From contig CM026547.1 of assembly GCA_014905635.1 (NCBI GenBank), positions 62,001 to 126,000 of the forward strand: a stretch of DNA of 64,000 nt, given 5' to 3'. Below, piece after piece: positions 39,210-51,566 of the stretch. Position numbers and translations under genes: made by a program. The notes beneath the pieces were generated by a model that made no database searches, had not been told where the DNA came from, and worked only from the letters and a program-made list of their open reading frames with translations. Every line of letters begins with the position of its first letter. Positions within the stretch are counted from its first letter, which is position 1. The DNA is from Scenedesmus sp. PABB004 (lineage: Eukaryota).

Positions 39210-39802
39210 TCAGGCGGCAGGCATGCGGAGTGCGTTGGCACCGCCCTTGGCGGCGATGCCGTGGCAGGTGAAGAGGAACGAGGGCAGCAGCCCCGCGCGG
39301 CCCTGGCGGACGCAGGCAGAGCCGAGCAGCGGGCTCGTGCACCACGCGCATCCGGCCGCGCCGCAGGCCGCCTGGTCGGCCGCCAGCGCGCAGGTCGGGG
39401 CCTTCTGCTCCGGGTCGGGGTCGGGCTCGGAGCCGTTCTGGCACGTGAAGGCGACTGCGGGCGCGCCGCGCGCGCGGGGGGCGGCGGCGGTGGGTGGCGG
39501 CGGCGGCGGTGGGGTCGGCGGCGGCGTCACCCGGCACGCCGGAGCACCGCGGCGCGCCGCCGAGGCGTGCCGAGCGCACAGGAGGGAAGCAGGGCAGCCT
39601 CAGAGTCCAGGTAGCAGCCGCTGGGCAGCAGGGTAGAGGAACAGAACGTGCAATTCACGGTCTGAAGGCACTCCGCCTTCGACGTGGAGTTGTGGCAGGC
39701 CGCGGCGGCGGGGCTGCCCAGGGGCGCGAGCCGGGCGTTGGCCCCCGCAGCCGCCAGGCACGCCACGAGGGCGGCCAGGGCGATCACGTGCCCAGGGCGC
39801 AT
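39210..39802 (-). CDS. Small secreted cysteine-rich protein with two internal repeats, 2 exons
   Basis: Signal peptide MRPGHVIALAALVACLAAAGANA; repeats C..C...CTFCSSTLLPSGC...LLPSFAFTC and C..C...CAWCTSPLLGSAC...LLPSFLFTC. Intron 39455-39579; TGTAA on the minus strand near 39020. Confidence 0.8.
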
Positions 39803-40413
39803 GGTGGGGGGCTGCGTCGCTCGGCGGCGACCGGCGACCGGCGCACGGGCCGTGTTTAGCGTGATCTGGGCGGCGCGGGCGAGAGCTGGGCGTGATCTGA
39901 GCGATGGGGCGGCTGCAGCAGGACGAGCGCGGCGCTGCAGGCTCCACAGAGCCGCTAGGGCTTCAGGTGCCGGCGCGCAGCGGTCGATGCCCTCGCCACG
40001 GCGGTGCGCCCTGCGCGCGCCCTGCCCCGGTGCGCGATCGACCGTCGAACGTGCGTTACAGATTCTGCGGCCATGCGGCAGCGCACACACACGCGTCACC
40101 GGTCGAGGCTCGCTCCGCTGCTGCTGCCGGCACCGCTCACGCCCCCGGCGCGATGGGATCACACGCACTCACAGCCCCACGCACTCACAGCCGCCCCACA
40201 CACCCACGTGTTCGTGCCGCCGCCGTGGTGCCGCCGAGGATGCGCTTGCGCGAGGCTGACCGAGGGAAAAAGCAATCCCCCCTCTGACCTCTTGCCTCCA
40301 TCCCCTGCCGCCCATCCTGCATGCGCTCGCCGAGCTCCCCTGACCTCATGCCCACACGCTCGCACACACGGCACGCACATGCTCAGTCAAGAATGCACGC
40401 GGGCATCATTCAC

Positions 40414-41617
40414 TCAGCCGTGCCAGCGGTCCAGCAGGTCAACGAGCGTCGCGCCCGCGGGCATCGACGCCGCGCTGCGCGGCGACGCGGGGCCGCCCCC
40501 GCCGGCGGCGGTCGACGCGCCGCGCACGCTGCGGGGCGGGCGTGGCGGGCGTGAGGGCGTGCGGGGGCGTGAGGGCGTGCGGGGGCGTGAGGGCGTGGGG
40601 CACGGGGCAGCCGCCCGCGCCGCGCGCGCGCGCGCGCGCACCTGCCGCTGGCCCAGCGCCACAGCCCGCCGCCGCGCGCCGGGCTCGTGATGGCCGCGCC
40701 CACGCGCGCCGGCGCGCTGCACAGCGAGCTCGCGCCGGCGTCGCTGCCAGTGCGCGCCGGCAGCGGCAGGCGGTCCTTGAAGGCCTGGGGGTGCGGGGGG
40801 CGGGCGGGGCAGTGAGGGGCGGTGGCGTGGCCGGCCGCCGCAAACAGCACTGCCGCGGGTGCCGCCGCCGCCGCCGCCACGCTCACCCCCAGCTCGCCGC
40901 CTGTCGCTGGCGTGCCGCCGCCGCCGTCCGCGCCCTCCTCGCACACCGCAGCCAGCCCGCGCGGCGCGGCAGCCGCGCCCGGCGCGCCCGCCTGGTCGCG
41001 CGCGGCCGCCTGGTCCGGCGCAGCTGCCGCGCCGCCGGCGGCGCTGGCGCCGCGCGGCGCAGGCTTTTGCTGGCCGGGACGCAGCTGCCGCAGGCGCGCG
41101 TCCCTCTGCCGCGCCGCGATCGACTCGCGCAGGACGTCGGCGACTGTCCGCGCGCCGCCGCCGCCGCCGCGCGACGTCGACGGCGGCGGCGCGCTCGGCC
41201 TCGCCGGCGCCGCGGGGGCTGCGGCCGCGGCCGCGGCCGCCCCTCGGCGCCGCGCGCCGGGGCCGCGGCGGCCGGGCCGCGCGCGAGCGCGGGCGCGGGG
41301 AGCGCGCCCCCGGCCCCGCCCGGCCGCGCCGGCTGCTTGGCGCGGCGTCGCGGCGGGGCCGGCTCGCCCGCGCTGCTGGGCGTCGACGGGCCGAGTGAGG
41401 GGCCGGCCCCCGCCGGCGCCGCCGCCGCCGGCGGCGCGGCGACCTTGCTCGCGCGCGAGGCCTGCCGCGCCTGCTGCTCCTTGGCGGGCGGCGCCTGGCG
41501 GCGCCCGCGCCGCGCCAGGCGCCACAGCGCGCCGACCGCTACTAGCGCGGCACCAGCAGCGAGCGCCGCCGCGGCGACCCGCTGCTCGCGCGGCCGGCGC
41601 CGCGCCGGGCCGTGCAT
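40414..41617 (-). CDS. Hypothetical protein with an N-terminal membrane anchor; exon structure approximate
   Basis: MHGPARRRPREQRVAAAALAAGAALVAVGALWRL..., internal RTVADVLRESIAARQRDARLRQL, AFKDRLPLP, terminal SMPAGATLVDLLDRWHG*; GT-AG junctions near 40886/40785 and 40641/40529. Confidence 0.5.
40547..40600 (+). repeat. 18-bp tandem repeat (GGGCGTGAGGGCGTGCGG) x3, intronic
   Basis: Read directly. Confidence 0.8.
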
Positions 41618-42090
41618 CGCGCGGGAGCTGGAGGAGGCCGATGCGAGCGCCGGGCGAGCAGGGCGTGCGCTATTCGGGGAATTGGCGACTGGTTCTCCAA
41701 CACGTGTGTATCCAAGGCCGGCGCTGATTCCCCCACACCGTTGGGACTGGAGTGCTTGGGCCACGGCGGAAGCGGCGGTGCGGCGCCGGCGGCGGCGGCG
41801 GTCTGCGCGCCGCTGCACCGCCGCGGCGCACTCGAACGCGCCGCCAGCCCGGGGGAGTGTCCCACTCCGCGCCCGTCACCCCAGTCCACGCCCAGACTGG
41901 GATCGCCGCCCCCGGGCGCTCGTCCGCTGCGCGCAACCGCCGCCGCGCCGCCGCTGTCTGCGCGCGCCGCTGCCGGCGATTCCCACAGCCGCCCAGCCTG
42001 CCCAGCGCCGCTGCCAGCGCCTCCACCAGCAGCCGCCCAGCCGCCCAGACCGCCCGCCGCCACTGCCAGCGCTGCTGCGAGCGTCTCGCC

Positions 42091-43539
42091 ATGGCCCCGC
42101 AGCCGGCGGCGGCGGGCGCGGCGGCCCTCGCGGCGCTCGCGGACGTCGCGGGCGAGGCGGGCAAGCACGTGGTCTACTCGCCCCCCGAGATGGTGCCCAC
42201 CTGGGCGCCCGACTACGACGCCCGCCTCCACGCCGCGGCGGCGGCCGCGCTCGCCGGCGGCACGCCGCCGCGCCGCGTGCTGGCGCTCCTGCGCGGCGCA
42301 GCGGCGGGCGCGGGCCTCGACGCGCTGCCCCCGCGCTTCTTGGGCGCGTGCGTGGCGGCGGGGCTGAGCCCCGACGCCGACGTGGGCGGCGAGAGCCTGC
42401 TGCACGCGCTCATCAACCACCCGGCGCCGCCGCCGCTCGGCGCGCTCGGCGACGCCGAGCGCGCGCTCGCCGCCGCGCTCGCGCCGCGCCGCCGGGGCGC
42501 AACCCCGCCGGCGGCGGCGTGACCCTGGACGAGCTGCTGTCGCGCGGGTGCACGCCCAACGTCGAGGACGGCGGCGGCAACACCGCGATGCACATGCTCG
42601 TCGCCTGCATGGTGCAGCGCGTGCACTTCCCGGGTGCGCGCGGCCGGGCGGGAAGTGACTTCCCGGGAGCGCCCGACCGCCGGCGGCGAGTGCCGCGCGC
42701 CTGCCGAGCCGCGCCGCGCGCCCGCCCGCCCGCCCGCCGGCCCGCTGGCCAGACCCGCAGCTGCCGGAGGCGCCGGACGGCGGCGACGGCGACGGCGATG
42801 GTGACGGCGCTGCACCCGCACCGCCGCCGCCGGCGCCGGCGTGTCTGGAGGACCACGACGCGCCGCGCGCGGCGTACGCGCTGCTCGCCTTCCGCCGCCT
42901 GCTGGCCGCGGGCTGGGAGCCGGGGCTGCGCAACCACACGGGCTACACGGTCGCCAACCTCATTGAAGCCGGCCTCGCGCGCTACCAGGCCGGTGCGGCG
43001 CGCAAACGCGCACGGCGCCGCCCGGCGCGCGCCTGTCGCCTGCCAACCGCGCGCGCAGCGAAAGGGGGGGGGGGCCAGCGCCGCCGCCCAGCGGCCGCCC
43101 AGCAGCCGCGCCGCGCCGCGCCGCAGAGCTGTACGACCTGAAGGACCCGAAGGGCGCCGCGCAGACGACGGTCGCGGCGCTCGCGGAGCGCGCGCCGGAC
43201 CGGGGCCTGCCGGCCTTCCTCGCGGCCAAGGTGTCGGGCGTGGAGGCGGTGGTGGACGCGCTGCAGGAGATGCACACGCTCGCCGCGGCCGCGGCCGCGC
43301 CGCGGCAGGCGCGCAGCGCTGGTGTGCTGGTGGGCCTGTGGCTGCTGCTGCTGGCCGCCATGCTCTACTTCACGTTCGTGCTCCGCCGGCGCGGACAGCA
43401 CGGCGACGCCGCCGGGGGCACGGCGGCGAGCTGTGACCGCACCGGCGGCGGGGCGCGGCACGCGACGCCGGGGGGCACGGCGAGCTGTGACTGCACCCGC
43501 GGCGGGGCGTGCACGGCGGGCGCGCGCGGGCGTCAGTGA
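42091..43539 (+). CDS. Ankyrin-like repeat protein with a C-terminal transmembrane helix; apparent frameshift near 42500
   Basis: GESLLHALINH, LDELLSRGCTPNVEDGGGNTAMHML, LLAAGWEPGLRNHTGYTVANL are ankyrin-like; TM segment VLVGLWLLLLAAMLYFTFVL; GT-AG introns near 42634-42752 and 42993-43126. Confidence 0.65.
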
Positions 43540-43729
43540 CGCCGGCGGTTTTTGGCGCAGCGCAGGTGCAACGGCGTGGGCAGCAGGCGCTGAGCAGCGC
43601 CGGCCAAACGCACACAAGCGCAGCCCCGAGCCAGCCGCCGCGCGGCGCTGCTGCTGCCGCTGCCGCCCGCCGCGTGTGCCGCTCAGCCCGCTCCACCCTC
43701 GCCGCGACTCGAGTCGCGCGACGCGCCTC

Positions 43730-46371
43730 ATGCCGGCTCTGCCGGCAGGCGGCCGCTGCCGCTGCGGCGGCGCGCTGGGCGGCGGTGCGGACGCCGGCGC
43801 CCGACCGCTCGCCCCTGGCGCCCTGGCGGCCTCCCGCGCGCGGCAGCCGTCGGTGGCAGCCCACGCGCTGCTGGCCCACGCCTGCGGCTGCGGCGGCGCA
43901 GCGCGGGGAGCAGCAGCGGCCGGCGGCAGCACGGCACCGCTGCCGCCGCATGCTGCCTGGGCGCCGCAGCGGACGGCCGCCAGCGGGCGGGGCGGCGTGC
44001 GCGCCGCCGCGGCGCTGACGGAGCGGGAGCTGACCATCAAGCTCTCCATCGCCTCGAGCACGGGTGCGGCCGCGGCGGCGGCAGTCGCCACGGCCGCCAC
44101 GGCCAGCCGCGCGGCGGCACGCTCGCGCTCACGCGCGCTCCGGCCGCGGCGCAGACCGGCTGGACCTGTCGGGCTGCGACCTGGCGGAGGTGCCGGAGGC
44201 CGTGTTTGAGCTCACTGGCCTGGTGGAGCTGTCGCTCGCGGGCAATCAGCTCACGGCGCTGCCGTCCGCCGTCTCGCGCCTCACCAACCTGCGCCGCCTC
44301 GTCGTCGCGGGCAACTGGCTGCAGCACCTCCCGCCAGAGCTGTGGGAGCTGGCCGGCCTCGAGGGCCTCTGGCTGCACGGGAACCTGCTGGAGGACCTGC
44401 CCCCGCAGTTGGGGCAGCTCGCGCAGCTGCGCGCGCTCTCGCTCGCGGGTGCGGCGCAGCGCCGCGGCGTGGCTGCTCGCCGCCGCTCGCCGCTGCTCGC
44501 CGTTGCTTGCCGTTGCTTGCCGCCGCTGCCGCAGCCTGCAGCCATTGCCGCCGCCGCCGACACGGCCGCACCCGCCGGGCTGCCGCCGCGCAGGCAACTG
44601 CCTGGCCGCGGTGCCGGACAGCCTGAGCCAGCTGGTGCACCTTGCCGACCTGAACCTCAGCGGCAATGCGCTGACCGCGCTGCCGGCCGGCATCAGCGCG
44701 CTCACGGGGCTCACCATGCTCAGCCTGCACGGCAACGCGCTCGATGCGCTGCCGCCGGCCGGCTGGGGCACGCTCGGCGCGCTCGTCGAGGTCACGCTGC
44801 AGGGCAACCGCCTCACCGAGCTGCCCGACAGCTTCGCGCAGCTCACGGTGACGCGCACCGCGCCGCGCCGCGCCGCGCCGGCGCGCGCCGGCTCACCGCC
44901 GCCGCCCGCCCGCCGCCGCCGCGCGCCGCAGGCGCTGACGGAGCTGTCGATCGCCGACAACCGCATCGCGCGCCTGCCGGACGACCTCAGCGCGTGGCGG
45001 CGGCTCGCCAAGTTCCACGCCTACGGCAACGCGCTCACGCAGCTGCCGCTCGGCCCGCGCGGCCTGCCCGCGCTGCTGCCGCCCGCGCCGGCGCCGCGCG
45101 ACGAACGCGCCGCGCGGTCCGCGCCGGCCGGCGGCGGCGCGACGAACACGGGCAGCTGGGACGAGCCCGAGGGCGGCCGCGGCGCGGGCGTCGTGCGCAG
45201 CGTCGACGGCGACGACGGCGCCGGCGGCGGCGACGCCGGCGGCGGCCGGCTGGTGAGCCTGTGGCTCGAGGGCAACCCGCTGCAGGAGGCCTGCGTGGCG
45301 GCGCTGGTCGGCGCCATGGCGCCGCGCGGCACGACGCGGCTCGGCCTCGACCAGCGCCAGCTCGTCGGCGCGGCGCGCGCCGCGGCGGACGCGCTGCGCG
45401 ACGCCGGCAGCATGTCGGTGCGCGCGGGCGTGGTGGAGGGGGCGGGCCCCGGATACTTCAAGCTCCAGCCCGGCCCGCCCGGCCCGCCCGGATGCGAGCG
45501 CGTGCTCGTCGTCGCGTTTGGCAGCGCGCCGGGGCTGCCCAACTGGGGCGGCGTGATGCGCCTGGTCGCGGCAGCGGCGGAGGCGCCCGAGCAGCGGTGC
45601 AGCGCGCGGCGCGGCGCGGCGCACGCGCCCGCGCCAGCGGCGAGGCCCGCCGCCCGCGTCACTCCGCTCCGCCCCGCCCGCGCCCCGCCGCCCTGCCCCG
45701 CCGCCGCGCCGCGCCGCGCCTCGGGTGCAGGGCGTTTGACGTGCTGTATGTGGTCGACCCCTGCCGCACGTGGTACCACGGCGGCGACCCCGCCGCGATG
45801 GCGGAGACGTACGGGCGCCGCCTGTCCGCCGTCACGGGCCGCTACCGGCACGTCGTCATGGTCGGGGACAGCATGGGCGCGACCGGGGCGCTGCTCTTCG
45901 CGCCGCTCGCGACGTCGGTGCTCGCGTTCTGCCCCCAGGCGCGCCGCTGCGCCGCGCGGCCAGGACGGGACGGGCGGCGCGGCGCCGGCGGGCGCGCGCC
46001 GGCGGCGCCTGTCATCGCCCAAGCTTGCCGCGCGCCCGCCCGCCGCCGTGCAGGTGGACCTCGCGACGTCGTCGATCCGCCCCGGCCGGCCGCGCGCCTG
46101 GCAGGCGGCGCTGCAGGCGTCGCTGCAGGCGTCGCTGTCGGGCAGCACGGCGCGCGTGCGCGTGTTCACGGGCACCTGGCAGCACGACGTGGACCAGGCC
46201 AACCTGCTGGCGCACCACCCGCGGCTGAGCATCAAGGTGTATGGCGTCGAGTCGCACCGCCTCGCGCTCGCGCTCGCGCGGCAGCGCAAGCTCGCGCCGC
46301 TCATACGCGAGGCCGTGCTGGGCGAGCTCGGCCTGCCGAGCGGCAACATTAGGCTGGCCAACCTTCTTTAG
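43730..46371 (+). CDS. Leucine-rich-repeat protein fused to a C-terminal alpha/beta-hydrolase-like domain, 6 exons
   Basis: About 10 LRRs (LxxLxLxGNxLxxLP), then VLVVAFGSAPGLPNWGG...FDVLYVVDP..WY...VVMVGDSMGATGALLFA...VLAFCPQ...HDVDQA...ESHRLA. Introns: 44064-44154, 44449-44593, 44848-44931, 45597-45730, 45939-46053(GC). Start uncertain. Confidence 0.85.
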
Positions 46372-46634
46372 CGGCGGCGTGGTGCGGGCGGCGGCGGCGG
46401 CGGGGGGCCGCGGCGGCACGCGGGCGGCGGGGCGCTGCGCGCTGAGCGGTCGGCGGCGGCGCTGGGCCCCGAGCGGCGCGGTTCTGGTGGCAAGCGTGCA
46501 GGGTCTGCGCCGGCACGACGCTCGGCTGTGACCATCGCGACCGTCCGCACGCCGCTGCTCAGCCGCGCCCAGCAGCTCAGCCGCACCGGTCGCGGCAGCA
46601 GCGAGCGCTGCTCTGCCGGCGCCGCTCCTGCTCA

Positions 46635-49125
46635 ATGCTGCGTGCCGCGTTGGCGCGCTCCAGCAGCACGTTTAGGGCTCTGGGCTCGCTGCGAGCGGGC
46701 GCGGGCGTCAGGGGCGTGCCTTTCGGCGCCCTGCCGGCTGCGTGGCAGCGAGCAAAGCGCTCGCTCCACCAGCGCGGCGCCGCCGCCCCGGGCGCGGGTG
46801 CCGCTGCCGACGTCATGGACATCACGCACCTGTGCGTCCAGCTCGCGTGATTGGGGTGGACAGCTGCGGCGGCGCTGCCGCCCGCGGCCGCGCCGCCAGC
46901 GCGCGCCGTGGCCGCTGCCGACGCCCCGCGCGCTGCCGACGCCCCGCCGACCCCCGCAGGACGCAGGCCGAGGCGGTGGCGGTTGACGAGGAGCTCATGG
47001 GGCCGCTGGGCTTCAGCGTGGACCAGCTCATGGAGCTGGCAGGCCTCAGCGTCGCGGTCAGCCTGGCAAGAGAGTACCCGGCCGCAACCCACGGCCGCGT
47101 GCTCGTGCTGGCGGGGCCGGGCAACAACGGCGGCGACGGCCTCGTCGCGGCGCGGCACCTCACGCACTTTGGGTACGCGGTCACGGTCTGCTACCCCAAG
47201 CCCACGCCGCGGCCCCTCTACGACGGCCTCGTCACGCAGTGCCGGGCCCTGGGCGTGCCGTTTGTGGGCGTGGACGAACTCGCCGCAGGCGGCGTGGCGG
47301 GCGTGGCCGACGTCGTGCTCGACGCGCTCTTCGGGTTCTCCTTCCGCGGCCCGCCACGCGCGCCCTTCGACGCGCTGCTGCAGGCGCGCGCCCCGCGCCG
47401 CCGCGGCGCGCGAGCGGCAGCCGCCGCGCGCGGCCGCCGCCGCGCCCGCGCCTCCCGCCGCGCGCGCGAGCGGCGGTCTCGCACTGCTCTCCGCCGCAGA
47501 TGCTCGCGCCCGCCGCGGCGCCGCCGCCGGTGGTGTCGGTCGACATCCCGTCGGGGTGGGACGTCGAGGCGGGCCCGGGGGACGCGCCCGGCGCGCTCGC
47601 GCCAGACATGCTCGTCTCGCTCACCGCGCCAAAGCTCGCGGCGCGGTTCTTTGCCGGCCGGCACCACTACCTCGGCGGCCGGTGCGTGGTGTGCCCTGGA
47701 GGGGGGGGGCAGCGGGACGTCGTGCCGCCCCGCAGCGGCAGGCGGCCGCGGCTCACGCGCCTCACACGACCCGCCACCGCCGCCGCCTCCGTGCCGCTGC
47801 CTCCAGGTTTGTGCCGCCCGCGATCCGCGACAAGTACCGCCTGCGCCTGCCGCCCTTCCCCGGCACGGACCAGTGCGTGCGCCTGCCCGCGCGCGGCGCC
47901 GCGGCGGCGGCCGAGGCGGCCTCCGCGCCCGTGGCTGCGGGTGCGGCTGCGGCTGCGGGTGCGCCCCCGAGCCCCGCCGACATGCGTGTGAGCTACGAGC
48001 TGCACGGCCTGCTGGAGGGCGAGGCCGCGGCCGACCCGGTGGAGCAGTTCCGCGCCTGGTTTGCCGCGGCGGTCGAGTCCAAGGCGCGGCGGGGGCGCGG
48101 CGGCCTGCGCCCGCACGCGCGCCGCGCGGCGGTGCGCCCCCAGCCGGCCCGCGCGCCCACTGGCCCGCGCGCACCCCCCGCGCCGCCCGCGCGCCGCCAG
48201 GTGTGCGAGGAGCCCAACGCGATGGCGGTCGCCAGCGTGGGCGCCTCGGGCGCGCCGAGCCTGCGCTACGTGCTGCTCAAGGGCTTTGATGAGCGCGGCT
48301 TTGTCTTTTACACCAACTACGACTCACGCAAGGGCCGGGTGCGTGCGAGCGGCGGGGCCGCGGCCGCGGCCCACGCGCGCACGCGGCGCGCCGCGCGCCC
48401 AGGCCGGGCCGCGGCCGCGGCCGCGGCCGCGGCGCGCGACGCAGCGCGCGCGCGCCGCCCGCAGGAGCTCGCGGCGAGCGGCCGCGCGGCGCTCGCGTTC
48501 TGGTGGGAGGGCCTGCAGCGGCAGGTGCGCGGCACGCCGCGCGCCGCGGCGCGCCCCGCCCCGCCGCGCCGTGCGGCAGCCCCGCGCTGCGCGGCGAGCG
48601 TGGCGCGCCGCGCTCTCCTATTGCCCCGTCCCGCCCCAGGTGCGCGTGGAGGGCCTGGTCGAGCGCGTGCCCGAGGCCGAGGCGACCGCCTACTTTGACA
48701 GCCGGCCGCGCGGCAGCCAGATCGGCGCGTGGGTCAGCCTGCAGAGCCAGGCCGTATTCGGCGGGCGGCGCGAGATCGAGGCCAGGCGCGCTGCCGCTGC
48801 GGCGCGGGCGGGGGCGCGCGCTGTGAGGGGGCGGGGACGCGGGGCTTGGCAGCCGCGCGTGCGCTGAGCGCCTCGCCGCCGCCGACGCCGGCGGCGCCGG
48901 CGCCGCGCTCGTCCCGCTCGCGCGCGCAGGCAGGCTGAGCTGGAGGCGCGGTACGCCGACGCGTCGCTGCCCGTGCCGCGGCCGCCGCACTGGGGTGGCT
49001 ACCTGGTGCGCCCGCTGGCGGTCGAGTTCTGGCAGGGCCGCCCCAGCCGGCTGCACGACCGCCTGGTCTACACGCGCCCGAGCGTGGACAGCGCCGACTG
49101 GGCGCTGCAGCGCCTCTACCCCTGA
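46635..49125 (+). CDS. PDX3: Bifunctional NAD(P)HX epimerase (YjeF_N) / pyridoxine-pyridoxamine 5'-phosphate oxidase, 8 exons
   Basis: [69 protein letters not shown]; then [74 protein letters not shown] donors at 47384, 48084 and 48786. Confidence 0.95.
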
Positions 49126-49557
49126 CCAGGGCGCGGGGCGGCCGCGGGCGGCCGCGGGCGGCCGGGCCTCGTGGGGGCGGAAGGCGCGCGTGGTGTATAC
49201 AACATGTTGAGCCGCGCGCTGGTCAACTCTGGACCGCGCCGCTTGCGCTCGCGTCGCACCCCAGCCTCAGGCCGTGTGATCAGCAGCAAGCAGCAAGCCG
49301 CCGCACGCGCCAGTGCGTGCCACACACACAGCCGGTGGCGCCCTCGTTATTCGCCGGCGCGCGGGCCCGCCGCACGTCAAAAACCGCGCCGGCAGCGTCA
49401 CCAGCCGCCAAAATGGAATCGCCCCTCGAATTGTCGGGGCCCCTCGAATTCAAAGAGCGCGAGCGCAACGAACACGAATTGAAGCGTTAGGAATCCGGGC
49501 GCCGCGCCCGGCGCGGCGCCCGCAAAATCGCGCGCGCGCGCGCCGGCGCGCGCGCGC

Positions 49558-51158
49558 TCACGCCAGGCTGGCGTGCGTTGACACGCCGGTCAGGGCCGTC
49601 GCGAGCTCCCAGAGCTCCGCGCCGCGCCGCGGGTCTCGCGCGTCGGCGTCCGGCCGGGCGAGGCTGTCGTTGTGCAGGTAGCGCCCCGCGACGCGGCCCG
49701 CCGGCGCGGTCGCGGCGCGCAGCATGCTGTCCGCGCTGCGCTCGGGCGTGCGCAGCACGAGCGGGTAGAGCGCGGCCAGCAGCGGGTCCAGCACGTGCGC
49801 GAGCCCTGGCAGCGCGCCGCTGCCGGTCTGGCGGAAGAACCCAGTCGCGAGCGCGGTGTGCACGATGCCGGGGTGGATCGCGACCGCGCTGTCGGCGCCC
49901 CAGCGCCCGGCGTTGCGGTCGAAGCGGCGCTGGAACTCGAGCGCCATGGCGGTGTTGGCGAGCTTGCTGAAGGCGTAGCTGGTGAACGGGTTGTACGCCA
50001 ACAGCGACTGGTGCAGCGGCGGCCGGCGGCGGCGGCGGCGGCGGCAGCGCCCGTTGCGCGGCGCGCGCGCCGCCCAGGGGCCGCGCGCGCCGCGCCCGCC
50101 GCGCTGCCCTGCGCCCGAGCGCCGGGGGCGCCGCGGCCCGTGTGGCGCACCTGCTTGTCCGCCCACTGCAGCTTGCCGGCGGGGTGCGTGAGCGACGAGA
50201 GCATCACCAGGCGCGTGCCCCCGCTGTCGGCACCGCAGCCGCGCTTGGCCGCCTTAGCGCGGCGGCGGCGCTGCTCGGCGAGAAGCTCGTGCGCGAGGAG
50301 CCAGTGGCTCAGGAAGTTGACCTGCGCAGAGGGGGGAGGGGCCTGCTGAGCGTGCCAAAGGGACGCCGGTGCGCCCCGCCCGCTTGGCCTGGACGCCCCG
50401 CGCCGCCGCGCCGCCGGCCCCACCTGGAACTGCATCTCCAGCCCGTCCTCAGACTCCTGGCGCGTGGCGGGGCTCATGATGCCTGGCGTGCGGCACGGGA
50501 GGTCCCCGGGCGCGGCGGGCGAGAGCGGCGCGGCGCAGGCGTCTCTGAGTGCGGCGCCCGCTTCGCGCGCCGCGTCCGCGCCGGCGGGCGAGCACCGGCC
50601 CCGGCGCACCCGCGTTGCAGATGAGGACGTCGAGGCGGCGCCCCCGCGCGTTGAAGGACCGCGCAAACGCCCGCACGTCGGCAAGGGACGCGAGGTCGAG
50701 CCGCGCAAACTCGACGCGCCCGCGGCCGCACCCCGGCAGCGGCGGCACGTCCGCCAGCACCTGCGCGCGCCCGCGGCGGCGCGGGGCGCCGGCGGCGGCG
50801 GCGCCGTCACGCGCGGGCCGCGTGTGGCGCGCGCCGCGCAGCCCGGCGTCCCGCCCCGCCCCGCCGCGCGCGCCGGCGCCGCGCGCGCCTTTGCCGCCGC
50901 GAGGCCGCGCTCGCGGCTGCGGCACGCGAGCACCACGGTCGCGCCGCGCTCCGCCAGCTTGCGCGCGGTGGCGAAGCCGATGCCGGCGTTGCCGCCGGTC
51001 ACGATCGCGAGGCGGCCGTCGAGCGGCGCGTCCAGCTCGGCCGCGTGCTGCCGGCGGCGCGGCAGGCCCAGGTGGTCCGCCACGTTGATCGCGACGTTCT
51101 CCAGGCTGTCCAGCGCGCCCGCGCCCACCGCCTGCGCCAGGGGCAGCAGGCGGTCCAT
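49558..51158 (-). CDS. Short-chain dehydrogenase/reductase (retinol dehydrogenase / WWOX-like), 5 exons
   Basis: [58 protein letters not shown], catalytic [13 protein letters not shown]. Introns: 50761-50888(GC), 50483-50609, 50322-50423, 50008-50150. Confidence 0.93.
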
Positions 51159-51566
51159 GGGCGCTGGCGGCCACCGCGCACGCCGCCTCTGGCTGGGTGC
51201 ACGCTGCTGCCGGGCCGGCGGGCGGGCGCGCGGCGCGCCGCTGCTGCGTGCGCGCGTGCTGCGCCGGGCGCAGTCCCAGGCCGTGCCCAGCTGAGGGGCG
51301 GAGCAGGCGTGGTGGAGTGGCAGCGCCGGGCGGGCGCAGCGAGAGCTGGCGCCCGCGTCAGCGGCGGCGTCGTCGGCCGCGGTTTCCGCGCGCCCCGGTC
51401 GTGGCCCGCCTCCCGCTGCCCCGCCAGTTCAGCCCCGACGTGGTGAGCGGTTACCGCAGGCCCCGCGCTCCCCGGAGGCGCCCTCGCGGGACTGCCGTTT
51501 CGCACGGTCCGCGCGCCCGCGCCCCGCGCCGTGGCGCGCGCGTGCCGCTCCTGCGGGCGCGCCATC

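Noticed and set aside
46635..49125. NAD(P)HX epimerase-PNPO fusion as a novel architecture
   Set aside because: Known fusion in plants and green algae (PDX3/PPOX).
49380..49500. AT-richer patch with GCCCCTCGAATT twice between convergent genes, as an ncRNA or element
   Set aside because: No tRNA/snRNA structure or terminal repeats recognisable; probably 3' UTR/terminator sequence.
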